A stretch of DNA of 64,000 nt, taken from positions 1-64,000 of IMG/VR virus record IMGVR_UViG_3300010354_000064. One strand, 5' to 3'. The DNA comes from a virus. Position 1 is the first letter of the stretch, and the number at the start of each line of letters is the position of its first letter. Shown here piece by piece: positions 28,471 through 38,088 of this stretch. The notes under the pieces are model-generated. The model was not told the DNA's origin and did not search any database. It saw nothing but the letters and a program-made list of their open reading frames with translations. The position numbers and the translations under genes were made by a program.

Positions 28471-29043
28471 CTACTTCTTGCCCACGGGCGGGGTGCCCCC
28501 GCCGCCCTCGGTGCGAATGAGGTACTGGGACAGGTTGGACACGGTATCATAACCTTTGTCCTTGGGCACCTGCTTGTCGAGCGCCTTCTGGAGGTCTTTC
28601 CCCGTCTCCGCAAAGTTGCGTACCCCCATCTGGTTCGGCGTTCCAGCGAACACGTCCTCGGGCCGAATATCTCGACGATGGTCTTTTACGATGTCCTCGC
28701 GATGGTTCACGCCGCGTGCGTGCTCCTTCACGATGTCCTTGTCGATGCCCTTCGGCTTGTTGATGGGGTGCGTGTGCTTGACCGCCTCCTGCCGCGCCTT
28801 CGGAGGCTGGTCGGCTTGAAGAAAGCGAGCCACGACGCGGTGCGGTGAAGCGGTCGCCTTCTTTAGTTTGGTCGCGTGCCCGCCCTTGTCGCGCAGCAGT
28901 TGCCTAACCTTGGCGAGAGGCAATTTCACGCGAATCGTGCCGTATTGCTCCTCGACTTCCCCGAAGATGTCCTCGGCGTCGGCGAGTCCGATACCCTCAA
29001 GCTCGATGAACTTGCCACGGTCGATAATAGTGACTTGGCTCAC
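28471..29043 (-). CDS. Hypothetical protein with HRVVARFL motif
   Basis: Coupled ORF carrying the shared motif. Confidence 0.7.
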   Translation of the reverse strand: MSQVTIIDRGKFIELEGIGLADAEDIFGEVEEQYGTIRVKLPLAKVRQLLRDKGGHATKLKKATASPHRVVARFLQADQPPKARQEAVKHTHPINKPKGIDKDIVKEHARGVNHREDIVKDHRRDIRPEDVFAGTPNQMGVRNFAETGKDLQKALDKQVPKDKGYDTVSNLSQYLIRTEGGGGTPPVGKK

Positions 29044-31301
29044 AGCTTGACCCCCTGCCCCGCGCCCCCGAACTCGACGCCGATGGTGTCGGCGACCTTC
29101 ACGGGGTCGAGTTCCACGTCGAGCCCGCCGTTCTGAAGCTGGTACTCAGCCATCATGGTGAGCCCGTTGTTCATGAGGCTCTCGTAGCTGACCTCGGTGG
29201 ACTTACCCGAAGCCAGCACCTCGCGCTGCTGCGCGGCCTTGTTGACGTAAGGCGGCTCCTCGACAAGCGGCTTGTTGACGACCGAGCAGAAGCCCGGCCG
29301 CGACTGGTGAACGCACGAGCCGCACTTCGAGCCCTGCTTGAGGTAGGGGACGAGTCGCGTCCGGTGGAGGCTCGCGGCTTCCTTGCAGCCCTTGCCGTAG
29401 TCGTCGTAGGCCGTCGGGTCAACGTAGTGGATGCCCTGGAGCCCCTGCTCGGCGATGACCGGACGAAGCTCCTCGGCGGAAGCCGTCAGGTCGCGCACCT
29501 CGAAGCGCCCCTTGAGGGAGGCCAGGAGGTCAGCCCCGTAAAGCCCCTCGTTCAGGAACCGCCGAGCGGTCTTGACGATTTCCCGCTTCGTGAGGCTCGA
29601 CGTGCTCGCCGCCTCCCCGCTTCGGTTCATCGTGTGAGCCTGAGCGAGCGCCTGGGCCATGCGGGTTGCCGGAGTCTGCTGGCCCTGAATGACCTGCCTG
29701 CGGGCCGAAGCGTGCATCGAGGCGAGAACGCTCCGAACGTCCTCGCCCGTCGGAACGACCGAGAGGCCCGCCGTCCGGTACTCCAAGGCGGCGCGCTCGA
29801 CCGTCTCCTGCGTGTAGAGTTCGGCCGCCTCCTTCACGAGAGGCTTGCCGTACATGAGGCAGCGGGACATCTTGCTGTAGATACAGCCCGAGCACTTCGA
29901 GCCCGCGACAATGCCTCGAACAGCGGGGTTGTAGGTCGCGAAGAAGTCCGCGCCCGTCCGGCAGTCATCGAACGACTCCTGGGTCGAGTAGATGACGCCG
30001 TAGAGGCCCGCCTCGCGGAGCATCGGCTCCAGGTGCGGGCGAGCAAGCTCGATGTCCGTGGTCTGAAAGGCGTGCTTCAGAACCGAGAGCACCTCGTCCT
30101 GGCCGCGACCCTTCAACATCTCGCGTCGGAGAAGGGCGACCATCGGGCGAGCCTTCTCGGCAGCGATGACGTTCCGAGCGTCCTCGTCCCGCTTGCGGGT
30201 GAGGTTGCTGGCCGCGATGAGTTGCTGGTCGGCCTCCTCGGCGGCGACCGGAGCCGCCACTCGCTGCTGCCCCGCGCCGACGTAAGTCGAACGCTCGGGG
30301 GCCTCCAGCCCTGACGCCTTCGCGCGAATGGTGGCGATGGTGTGTTCGTCGGTGGCCGACGCGACGATGCGGTAGGCCGACTGGGCCTGCTGGACCGTGA
30401 TGCGGCCAGTCGCGAGCGCCGTCTTGACGGCCATCTTCGCCTGCTCACGGGCAGCCGTCAAATCGACGGGCCGAACATAGTCCTCGTGGGCCTCGACCGG
30501 GCGCATGAGCCGCGCCACGTTGTCGATGGGCTTCGGCATCGGAGCCGGGCCGGGGGCCTCGAAGTCCTCGGCCAGCATGGCGAGCCGGATGCGTTGCTTC
30601 GAGGTCACGGTGGCAAGGGGGCCGGATGCCACCACGTCTTTGCCCTTCGACCGTTGAAGCTGCTCGACCTCGGCCGCGAGCGCGTCCGAGTAGGGCACCT
30701 GAATCTTGATTTCCTTGTGGAAGACCGCGCAGTTGTCGCCGCCGGTCGGGGTCTTCATGGCGTGGACACACCCCGCGCACGTCGGCTTGGCGACGACGAA
30801 ACGGGCCTCCTTCGCGTACCGCTTCACGAACTCGGCAGGCTGACTAGCACCCTTGTGGCAGCCCGCGAAGTCCGAGGCGTCGATGTAGAGCTTGCCGAGG
30901 AGGCCGCGCTCCGCAACGGCTTCCTCTAGCTCGACACGAGCGGCACGAAGGCTCTCACGGTCGAACCGTTTGGCGAGCGCGTCCCGAAGCCTGTTGAGGT
31001 CAGGCGACTGCATGAGAGCAAACCGCGCAACCTTGCGGATGTCCTCGGGCTTGGCTCGAAGGGGACCGTGCTCCGCCGAGAGGTCGCCCATCGTGTGCAG
31101 CAGGCTGCCCTTGTTCTCGACGTACGACGAAGCGGGCTTGTCCTCGTGGCTCCAGAGAGCTTCGAGGTCGGGCACCACGTCGAGGTTCTGCTTGGGCAGC
31201 GTGTCCTGCGCGCGATACTCGGCCGGGTCCACCTCCAACCAGTCGAGGTTGGGGACGGAGCCCTCCTTCAGAAACGCGCCCAAATCACCAAGGTCAGCCA
31301 T
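29040..31301 (-). CDS. Protein with three Cys4 repeat domains
   Basis: Three copies of E.GL.G..Y...C...CxxC...C...K. Confidence 0.75.
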   Translation of the reverse strand: MADLGDLGAFLKEGSVPNLDWLEVDPAEYRAQDTLPKQNLDVVPDLEALWSHEDKPASSYVENKGSLLHTMGDLSAEHGPLRAKPEDIRKVARFALMQSPDLNRLRDALAKRFDRESLRAARVELEEAVAERGLLGKLYIDASDFAGCHKGASQPAEFVKRYAKEARFVVAKPTCAGCVHAMKTPTGGDNCAVFHKEIKIQVPYSDALAAEVEQLQRSKGKDVVASGPLATVTSKQRIRLAMLAEDFEAPGPAPMPKPIDNVARLMRPVEAHEDYVRPVDLTAAREQAKMAVKTALATGRITVQQAQSAYRIVASATDEHTIATIRAKASGLEAPERSTYVGAGQQRVAAPVAAEEADQQLIAASNLTRKRDEDARNVIAAEKARPMVALLRREMLKGRGQDEVLSVLKHAFQTTDIELARPHLEPMLREAGLYGVIYSTQESFDDCRTGADFFATYNPAVRGIVAGSKCSGCIYSKMSRCLMYGKPLVKEAAELYTQETVERAALEYRTAGLSVVPTGEDVRSVLASMHASARRQVIQGQQTPATRMAQALAQAHTMNRSGEAASTSSLTKREIVKTARRFLNEGLYGADLLASLKGRFEVRDLTASAEELRPVIAEQGLQGIHYVDPTAYDDYGKGCKEAASLHRTRLVPYLKQGSKCGSCVHQSRPGFCSVVNKPLVEEPPYVNKAAQQREVLASGKSTEVSYESLMNNGLTMMAEYQLQNGGLDVELDPVKVADTIGVEFGGAGQGVKL

Positions 31302-31310
31302 CGCAGTTCC

Positions 31311-32834
31311 TCACTTCTTGTATGGCCCCTGGAGAGGGGGGCGCTGGTTCATCCAGTCGGGCCGCATCTGCGGAGTGTTGTAGTCGTACTTGACGTAAGG
31401 CACGTCAGGGCGCTCGTACTTGTAGCCGAGGTTCGGCCCCGGTGCCTTCTGCGAGTTGTACGAGGCCCCACCCCCATCTCCGGGGAGGTTCGACTCACCA
31501 ACGACCCCGTTGAAGTCGTTGCCCTTTGGCCCCGCGTAGTAGTCTGAGCGTGCCACCGGAGATACCACGTCGAGGGGCAGAAGTGCGCTCGACATCACGG
31601 GCATCCCCATCCCAGACGTGGCGCGCTCCGTGATAGCGGTCGAATCACTCGTATCGTCCCGTGTCTTGCCACCGGGGTCGTTCGGGAGCCCGGAACGGGG
31701 ACCGTAAACACCACGCCCACCAGAAGAGGGGTTGGCCTCCCCGTAGCCTCCCGCGCCCTGACCGTGGGCGTCATCGCCGTTGCCGCGACCGATGCCGAAG
31801 TCCCACGCCTCGGTCGGCGTGCGGTCGGTATTCGCATCGGGGACGTTCGACTTGGCGGACTTACCCGAGAAGTCGTTTTCCCAAGCGGAGGGGTAGTTGT
31901 ACTCGTCTCCCGCGCCTTCGTCACGGCTCCATTGGTCGCCGGTCGGAAGGCTCTCCTCGCGGTTGTAAGAGCCGAACGGCCCCGTCTGCTCACCACGGTC
32001 GAGATGGTTCACACGCGGACCAGGAAGGCTGTCCACGTTGACCGACGAGTTCGCGCGGCGGTCGTAGCCGTACCCGACACTCGACTGCTTCGTGAGAGAC
32101 GGGCGGTTCTGACGCGCAGGCTGCGGCCCTTGCTCTTTGGCGGGGCCTCCACCTCGGGGCATCTTCGAGCCCTTCGAGGGGTCTTCCTCGTTCTTGTAGC
32201 GGTCGGGTGCCCACGCGGCGGGCTCGTGCTCCGGTGCAGGGCCGTCCTCGACCTCGCTCATGTCTTCCTCGGCCTCCCCCTCGGGGTCTTCGAGGTAGTC
32301 GGTGGCGTCGGAGAGGAGCTTCTTGACCTCGCTCATGTCGCGCTTTTCGAGGTCGGCGAGCTTCGGCTTCCAGTGCTCTCCGTTGATTTCATCGTAGATG
32401 GCGTCGCAGATGGTCGAGAGATGCTCGGACGCCTCGTAGAGCTTGGCCCGCACGTCCTTCACGCCCATGACGTAGCCCCGCCCACCGACCATGCCGTCGG
32501 GCGAGAACGCCACGGACTTCAACCGGCTGAACTGCCGGTGCGCGGTGAGCGTGTGGCCGAGCGCCACGCTCGTAGCCCACAGCATCTTCACGAGAGGCTT
32601 GATAGCCTTGGGGTCAAAGGCATGGTTCGCCGGAATCTTCCGTTGGGCCGGAGCCGCGACCTCCCGCTTGTGCGGGGGCACGAAACCACCACCCTCCTGG
32701 GCCGCCGTCCGAACAATCGGGCCGGGAATCAGGTCCGTGACCCGACCATCACGCCCGTAAACAGGTGTGATTTCGCGGGTTTCTACGACTTCCCCGAACG
32801 CCTTGGCTACCTTCTCCCGCGCGCTCATGGTCAC
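31311..32834 (-). CDS. Hypothetical G/P/D-rich putative internal head protein
   Basis: Long ORF with typical codon usage; YGYDRRA motif. Confidence 0.7.
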   Translation of the reverse strand: MTMSAREKVAKAFGEVVETREITPVYGRDGRVTDLIPGPIVRTAAQEGGGFVPPHKREVAAPAQRKIPANHAFDPKAIKPLVKMLWATSVALGHTLTAHRQFSRLKSVAFSPDGMVGGRGYVMGVKDVRAKLYEASEHLSTICDAIYDEINGEHWKPKLADLEKRDMSEVKKLLSDATDYLEDPEGEAEEDMSEVEDGPAPEHEPAAWAPDRYKNEEDPSKGSKMPRGGGPAKEQGPQPARQNRPSLTKQSSVGYGYDRRANSSVNVDSLPGPRVNHLDRGEQTGPFGSYNREESLPTGDQWSRDEGAGDEYNYPSAWENDFSGKSAKSNVPDANTDRTPTEAWDFGIGRGNGDDAHGQGAGGYGEANPSSGGRGVYGPRSGLPNDPGGKTRDDTSDSTAITERATSGMGMPVMSSALLPLDVVSPVARSDYYAGPKGNDFNGVVGESNLPGDGGGASYNSQKAPGPNLGYKYERPDVPYVKYDYNTPQMRPDWMNQRPPLQGPYKK

Positions 32835-33103
32835 CCCTTGAGCGGCTGGCCGTTGTCGTCGAACAGGCGCTCGATGTAGAACTGGCCGTCGGCTTCTTTC
32901 TGAATACTCCAGAGGTCGCGGTTCGACTTGTGAATGAGCGTCTCGGTCGAGAGGCGCGTGAAGGGCTGAAGCTGCCCAACGGAGGCCACCCGAACACGGG
33001 CTGACTTCTGGAGCGGCTTGAGCATGGCGGGCTCTCGCTCGAAGAGCGCGTCGAGCCCCGTCGCCCCGGATACTTCCAACTGACCCAAATCGAAGAACGA
33101 CAT
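32831..33103 (-). CDS. Hypothetical protein
   Basis: Coupled ORF; LIHKSNRDLW...IERLFD. Confidence 0.7.
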   Translation of the reverse strand: MSFFDLGQLEVSGATGLDALFEREPAMLKPLQKSARVRVASVGQLQPFTRLSTETLIHKSNRDLWSIQKEADGQFYIERLFDDNGQPLKG

Positions 33104-33111
33104 GCCTGACC

Positions 33112-34014
33112 TCACGTAATCACGAGGGAAATCTGAACGTCGATGTACTCGTTCGTGCTGTAGCCGCTGACCCGCAGAATCTCCGAGTACGTGCCGGGCA
33201 GGCAGTTCGCGTTAGGCGTCACCTGCACGACCACAGACTGCGAAGCCGCTCCGGCCAACGACCCCTGGAACGGAGTCACGCCCGAAAGCCAGGCCCCCGA
33301 AGTGTTGGTGAGTCGCCGGACTTCGTATTCGAGCAGAGACGTGGGGGCACCCGTGTTCGTGAGAATGAACGACTGCGAGGGCACCGGAGGGAACGGACCC
33401 GTCAACGGCTTCGAGACGAAGAACGTGATGCTCGCCGTGCTGACCGTGATGGTCGCCTTGGGTCGAATGTTGATGGTAATGGGGACCGAAACCGGGTTGT
33501 TGGTCGCGGTGGGGTCTTGGAGGAGCACGACCTGCGCGTACGGGCTGTTCGACGCGAGCAGCGTCGAGGAATCGACCGCAACGTCGAACACACCGCTTTC
33601 CCCAGCAGCCAAGTTGCCGATGGAAGTGGGTCGAACACGAACGTAGGGCGCGTCCGAGGTAGAACTCGCGTCGAGGAGGCTGCCGAAGACGCCACCGTTC
33701 GACACCTGGAACGTCTGCACCGGCCCGTACCCTCGGCCTTCGTCGAGGTTGAACACAAGACCGCCGACGCTGACGACGAAGAGAGGCGCGAACTGTGCCT
33801 GCAACTGCGAGATGGAGTCGGCCATCGCCTGCACGACCATCCCTGGTAGGGGCACGCTATCCCGTAGCACGCCGTACGGGCTCAGGATGTCCCGCACCGA
33901 GTACGTGGGTGCAGGCCCCGACACGTCCATGCGCGTCGTCCACTTCCAGATTCCACGGGGGGTGGATTGCTGGAACTGGTAGTCTTGAAACTGAAGGGCG
34001 GCGGCAGAAGGCAC
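33112..34014 (-). CDS. Ig-like (BACON-type) structural protein
   Basis: SQSFILTNTG...WL..VTP.QGSL..AASQSVVVQV...L.PGTY; late-type motif upstream. Confidence 0.65.
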   Translation of the reverse strand: MPSAAALQFQDYQFQQSTPRGIWKWTTRMDVSGPAPTYSVRDILSPYGVLRDSVPLPGMVVQAMADSISQLQAQFAPLFVVSVGGLVFNLDEGRGYGPVQTFQVSNGGVFGSLLDASSTSDAPYVRVRPTSIGNLAAGESGVFDVAVDSSTLLASNSPYAQVVLLQDPTATNNPVSVPITINIRPKATITVSTASITFFVSKPLTGPFPPVPSQSFILTNTGAPTSLLEYEVRRLTNTSGAWLSGVTPFQGSLAGAASQSVVVQVTPNANCLPGTYSEILRVSGYSTNEYIDVQISLVIT

Positions 34015-34056
34015 GAGCTACCTCACGATAGCCCGCCCATAAGAAGAACCGCAGGC

Positions 34057-34359
34057 TCAAAAGGCCGCCATGAGCGTCGCCTTCGCGGCCTCGACGAGGG
34101 CCTTCTTCTGCACCCCCTTGCGGGCGATGTACTCAGCGGCCTCCTCGTCCCCGGCCGCCTTCGCGGCCTTCCACTCGCGGCGGAGCACCGCGAGGTGGCG
34201 CTCGCCACGGTCGATGTTGACCGAGAGGCTACCCTTGCCGAAGCAGAGGTAGCAGACCCCGTTGTCGGGATGCCAGTGGTCGGAGCCGCCATGCCCGCCG
34301 CAGCGCGGGCACTCGACCACAACCACCGTCTCGTTCGTCTGGGCGTTCTGGGGGACCAT
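34057..34359 (-). CDS. Small protein with DnaJ-type CxxCxGxG zinc finger
   Basis: CPRCGGHG...CYLCFGKG; starts at the class I promoter +1. Confidence 0.75.
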   Translation of the reverse strand: MVPQNAQTNETVVVVECPRCGGHGGSDHWHPDNGVCYLCFGKGSLSVNIDRGERHLAVLRREWKAAKAAGDEEAAEYIARKGVQKKALVEAAKATLMAAF

Positions 34360-34395
34360 GCCTCCTCTACGAGGTGGCCCCATCGAGAATCAACG
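34360..34395 (-). promoter_or_regulatory. Class I bipartite promoter, copy 3
   Basis: CGTTGATTC-N13-CTCGTAGA-N6-ATG on the minus strand. Confidence 0.75.
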
Positions 34396-35493
34396 TACCC
34401 AAACCTGACCTCGGTGGATTTTGCCGATGAGCGACACCCCCACCCCAAACGCAGCGGCCACCGACGATTGCGTGGCCCCTCCGGCTAGCCGCGCACGAAT
34501 CTCCGTGACCTTCTCGACCGTGAGCTTACCCGAACGTGCCGAGAGGCGGCGCGTCTGGTTCTGCTCGGCTTTCGTGGCCCAACGGCAGTTGGCAGGCCAC
34601 CCACGCGCAAGGCAGTCCGCGCACTTGCCGCACGAGTAGTGCCCTCCGCGATTTGCACGGGTGAGCGTGTACGTGGGGGCGGGCTTCACCCCCACGTCGG
34701 TCAAGAAATCCTCGAAAGACCCCCGCCAACGCTCGCACATCGTGATGCCCGAGCCCCCGTAATCCTCGTAGCGGCCGTGCTTCGGGTTGAAGCACCGAGT
34801 CTTGATGCTGACCCACGTCTTGTACTCAGGGCTACCCGTGCGTCCGTGGACGTGGTTGCCGTGGTCGGACCCCCTCGGCATCGGGCGGCGGTTCGCACTC
34901 TGCTCGCTCTTCGTCGCCCACCGGACGTTCCCCGGCTCGTACCCACGCGAACCGTCAATGCGGTCGAGGCTATGCTGCGGGGTCGGCTTCGGCCCAAGGT
35001 GATCAAAGAACGCCATGAAGTCGTCTACCCACCCCGCGTGGACGCCGATGCCGCGCCCACCCCAACCGGAGTAGTTGCTGCTCTTCGGGTTGAGGCAGCG
35101 GTCCTTCATAGAAATCCACGCGCGGTACTCCGGCGTATGGATGAGGCCATGCTTGAAGTTGGTGGGCCATCCGGGGCGGGGCTCCTTCGAGGAAGGTGCC
35201 CCCGCACCTTGCGGCCGACGGTTCCGGTTCTGCTCGGTAGGAAGCGACCACCGGACGTTGCCGGGTTCGTACCCCGCATCGTTGTCGATGCGGTCGAGGC
35301 TATGCTTCGGAGAGGGACGGGGGCCGACGTGGGCGAAGAACGCCTCGAAGTCCGCAGCCCACTCGGGGGCCAACGTAATCCCTCGGCCCCCGTAGTTCGG
35401 GTAGGCGAGGTGACGAGGGTTCAAGCATCGCTGCTTGATCTGCTGCCAACACTTGTACTCGGGAAGCTGGGATCGACCATGCTTGAGGTACAT
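34390..35493 (-). mobile_element. Free-standing HNH-type homing endonuclease-like gene: three tandem domains + C-terminal HTH
   Basis: Three copies of HG...PEY..W..[IM]K.RC.NP...[YW]GG.GI...W...F..F, two followed by SLDRID...YEPGNVRW...EQ..NRR. C-terminal KLTVEKVTEIR..HTH. Confidence 0.85.
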
Positions 35494-35541
35494 GGCCGGA
35501 ATCTAAGCACTCTGCACCACTAAGTCAACGTGTTAGTTGAC
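35494..35541 (-). promoter_or_regulatory. Housekeeping sigma70-type promoter of the HNH gene with overlapping inverted repeat
   Basis: TTGACT(35528-35523)-N17-TAGATT(35505-35500)-N6-ATG; GTCAAC-N6-GTTGAC at 35524-35541. Confidence 0.65.
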
Positions 35542-35558
35542 CTCGCGATGGAGAATGT

Positions 35559-36194
35559 TTAGAAACATTTATCCATACCTCTCCCTTGCCATTGTGGTAG
35601 ACGCACCTCGCGAAGAATGTTGAAACGCTTGCTCGCGATGGCCGAAAACACCTTCTGGTACGGGGAGTACTTGGCGTCTGCGCGGGCGAGGTCTTCGAGG
35701 CTCTTCACGGCGCGGAAGAAGCGATGCCGCACCCGCCCTTGCGTGAGGTTCAGCCGTGTGGCGACCTCGGACTGGCAGGTCGTCTCCCACATGCCGACGA
35801 GGATGTCCACGTCGATGGGGGCGAACACGTCGGCGAGGTCTTCGCGGATTTCATCCACGGTGATTTGCGGAATAGACAGCAGGAACTTGATGCGCTTGAG
35901 CCCCCGGTCGAGCCGATAGCTGATGGCTGCCTGGGTGACCTCGAAGATGGCTGCGATGTCCGCCTGCCTCTTGCGCTTGATGAAGTACAGGTAGATGAGG
36001 TCGGCTTCCCGACGCGGGATGCGGTCGAGCAAAGGCGCGATACGACTCTCGTAGTCGGCCTCCGCGAACAGCGTCTCGACGCCTTCCTCTTCGGCCTCGG
36101 AATCCAAGCTCGGCGTGACCAAGCGGTTCGCCAAAGCCATTGGGTCCATCGGAATCACGTACCCGGATGCCACCATCTTGTCCTCCCAACTCAC
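35559..36194 (-). CDS. Sigma-factor-like protein with two sigma4-type HTH domains
   Basis: IPRREADLIYLYF...QADIAAIFEVTQAAISYRLDRG and QSEVATRLNLTQGRVRHRFFRA. Confidence 0.7.
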   Translation of the reverse strand: MSWEDKMVASGYVIPMDPMALANRLVTPSLDSEAEEEGVETLFAEADYESRIAPLLDRIPRREADLIYLYFIKRKRQADIAAIFEVTQAAISYRLDRGLKRIKFLLSIPQITVDEIREDLADVFAPIDVDILVGMWETTCQSEVATRLNLTQGRVRHRFFRAVKSLEDLARADAKYSPYQKVFSAIASKRFNILREVRLPQWQGRGMDKCF

Positions 36195-38086
36195 GAGGCA
36201 GCCTCCGAGAAGAAGGCCGAGAGCACGCGCGACTTGTTCATTCCGATGTCATCCAACGCGAGGCTGGACGCGCCCTGGTCGGCGTTCGGGGAGTGTAGCC
36301 GGAGGTCGAGGTTCGTCACGAGCGTCATGAGACGCACATTCAGGCGCACTTGCTTCTCAGCCGCCCGGATTTTCTCGCGGAGCGACTGCGAGAGCCCAGC
36401 AAGGTTCGAGACGAAGATACCATCGACGGTCCCGTAAAGGTTCAGCAGCTTGCTGGCAGTCTTGTTTCCGCAGCCCGGCGCACCGGGGATGTTGTCAGAG
36501 GTGTCCCCACCGAGCGCGCGGAGATGCACCATCCGCTCGGGGGCTACCCCGTACTCGGCCTGCACGACCTCGGGGGTGCAGAGCCTCTCCTTGCCAACAC
36601 CGACCGCCGGGACGAGTACGTGCGTCGTGTCCGTCACGAGTTGCATGAAGTCTCGGTCGTTCGAGACGATGACGTTGTGCTGGTCGGCGAGCCGACCGCG
36701 CACCAACGAAGCCACCACGTCGTCCGCTTCTTCGCCTTCAGCGTGTGCTTGCCAAACGCCAAGAGAGGGGAGGTTCGCCTTGAGCCACTCGACCTCGAAG
36801 GTCACGCGCAGAGGGTTTCGATTCGCCTTGTAGTCGGCGAACAACTCCTTACGGCGCGTCGAGAGGCTATCCCAGCAGACCCACACCTCGGCCTCGGGGT
36901 ATCGCTTGCGGAGCGCCGAGAGACTGTTGAGGAACCCGACGATGGCCCCCGTGGGTCGTCCCTTGGCGTCGCGAAGGTCAGAAAGGCCCGGTGCCATCGA
37001 GCACCGAACCGCCATGTTCATGCCGTCGATGACGACGTTCTCGGTCACGGTGCTCCCTTTCATGCGGCGCTCAATAGACAGAACCGACCGTTCGATGTCA
37101 AGGAAGCGCAGCACCGCCGAGTGTAGCAGACTGAAAGATTGCGCCACCCCTTCGAGTGAACCCCAAGGTAGGTTGCGGTCAGTCTGCTCCACGACCCGAT
37201 TCAACTGCCCCAGACGTTGCCCCCAATCGCGAAGCCTCTCCAAGTTAGAGTGCGTGTCGAGCACCGACCCCAAGCTGAGAGGGTGCTCGAAAGCGCGAAG
37301 GAAAGCATGTAGTTGCGCGCCTTGCCTCAACCACCGGGTGAGGTGATGGTACCGGGTGTAGAGACGCTTCATCTCCACGAGAAGTTGAGGAGCCGACTGG
37401 AGCCGCATCTCGGCCTGGATGGTGCGACCGTTCGAGAGCCAGCGGTCGATGCGTTGCACCTCGAAAAGGCGCTCCCGAAGCGGCTCGATGGAACGAGGCT
37501 CCCAACGAAGCAAAGGAAGAGCGGCATTGAACCAGCCACGCGCCTCACGAGCTTGCAGCACGAACGACGGGAGGGACACCTTGTTCAGCAGGTGAAGGAA
37601 CGAGCGCGGCAACGTGATGAGGCTATCCTTGCTGCGAAGCTCGACGCTGACCTGCACGGAATCCTGCTCGGGGATGTCCTCGATGACTACCGCCGTGAGA
37701 TTCTTGTAGGGGCCGGAGTTGATGACCACGGTGTCGCCGACGCCGATACCCTGGTCTGAGTGCGCGCGAATCTGCCGCCGAAATTTGTCGATGTCACGGT
37801 CGGTCACGCACGCGAGACGACGCCCTCGGGAACCGGGGTCGCGAACGACCGCCTGGACGTAGCGAGTGTCTTCAAGCCGAAAGTACTTCTCATCAGGGTG
37901 GGCGCGCTTGATGAAGGCGTAACCATCAACGAGATAGTTGATGACCCTATCCTCGCCGACTTGGGTCACCGAAGCAGGGACGAACACCTCGGCATCGCGG
38001 ATGGTCGCCCGAATCGCCGACCGAATCAGCGCCGGGTCTTCTCCCTCGGCCATAGGCCCTAGCTCTAGGATGACCCACTCAGACAT
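36191..38086 (-). CDS. NusG/RfaH-like (NGN+KOW) domain fused to a 5'-3' exonuclease (PolI N-terminal/FEN family)
   Basis: N-term WVIL...VFVP...LVDGYAFI...VGDTVVINSGPYKNL. C-term VIDGMN...WD...RKELFADYKANR...EADDVVASL...SNDRDFMQL...GDTSDNIPG. One uninterrupted frame. Confidence 0.85.
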   Translation of the reverse strand: MSEWVILELGPMAEGEDPALIRSAIRATIRDAEVFVPASVTQVGEDRVINYLVDGYAFIKRAHPDEKYFRLEDTRYVQAVVRDPGSRGRRLACVTDRDIDKFRRQIRAHSDQGIGVGDTVVINSGPYKNLTAVVIEDIPEQDSVQVSVELRSKDSLITLPRSFLHLLNKVSLPSFVLQAREARGWFNAALPLLRWEPRSIEPLRERLFEVQRIDRWLSNGRTIQAEMRLQSAPQLLVEMKRLYTRYHHLTRWLRQGAQLHAFLRAFEHPLSLGSVLDTHSNLERLRDWGQRLGQLNRVVEQTDRNLPWGSLEGVAQSFSLLHSAVLRFLDIERSVLSIERRMKGSTVTENVVIDGMNMAVRCSMAPGLSDLRDAKGRPTGAIVGFLNSLSALRKRYPEAEVWVCWDSLSTRRKELFADYKANRNPLRVTFEVEWLKANLPSLGVWQAHAEGEEADDVVASLVRGRLADQHNVIVSNDRDFMQLVTDTTHVLVPAVGVGKERLCTPEVVQAEYGVAPERMVHLRALGGDTSDNIPGAPGCGNKTASKLLNLYGTVDGIFVSNLAGLSQSLREKIRAAEKQVRLNVRLMTLVTNLDLRLHSPNADQGASSLALDDIGMNKSRVLSAFFSEAAS

Positions 38087-38088
38087 CC

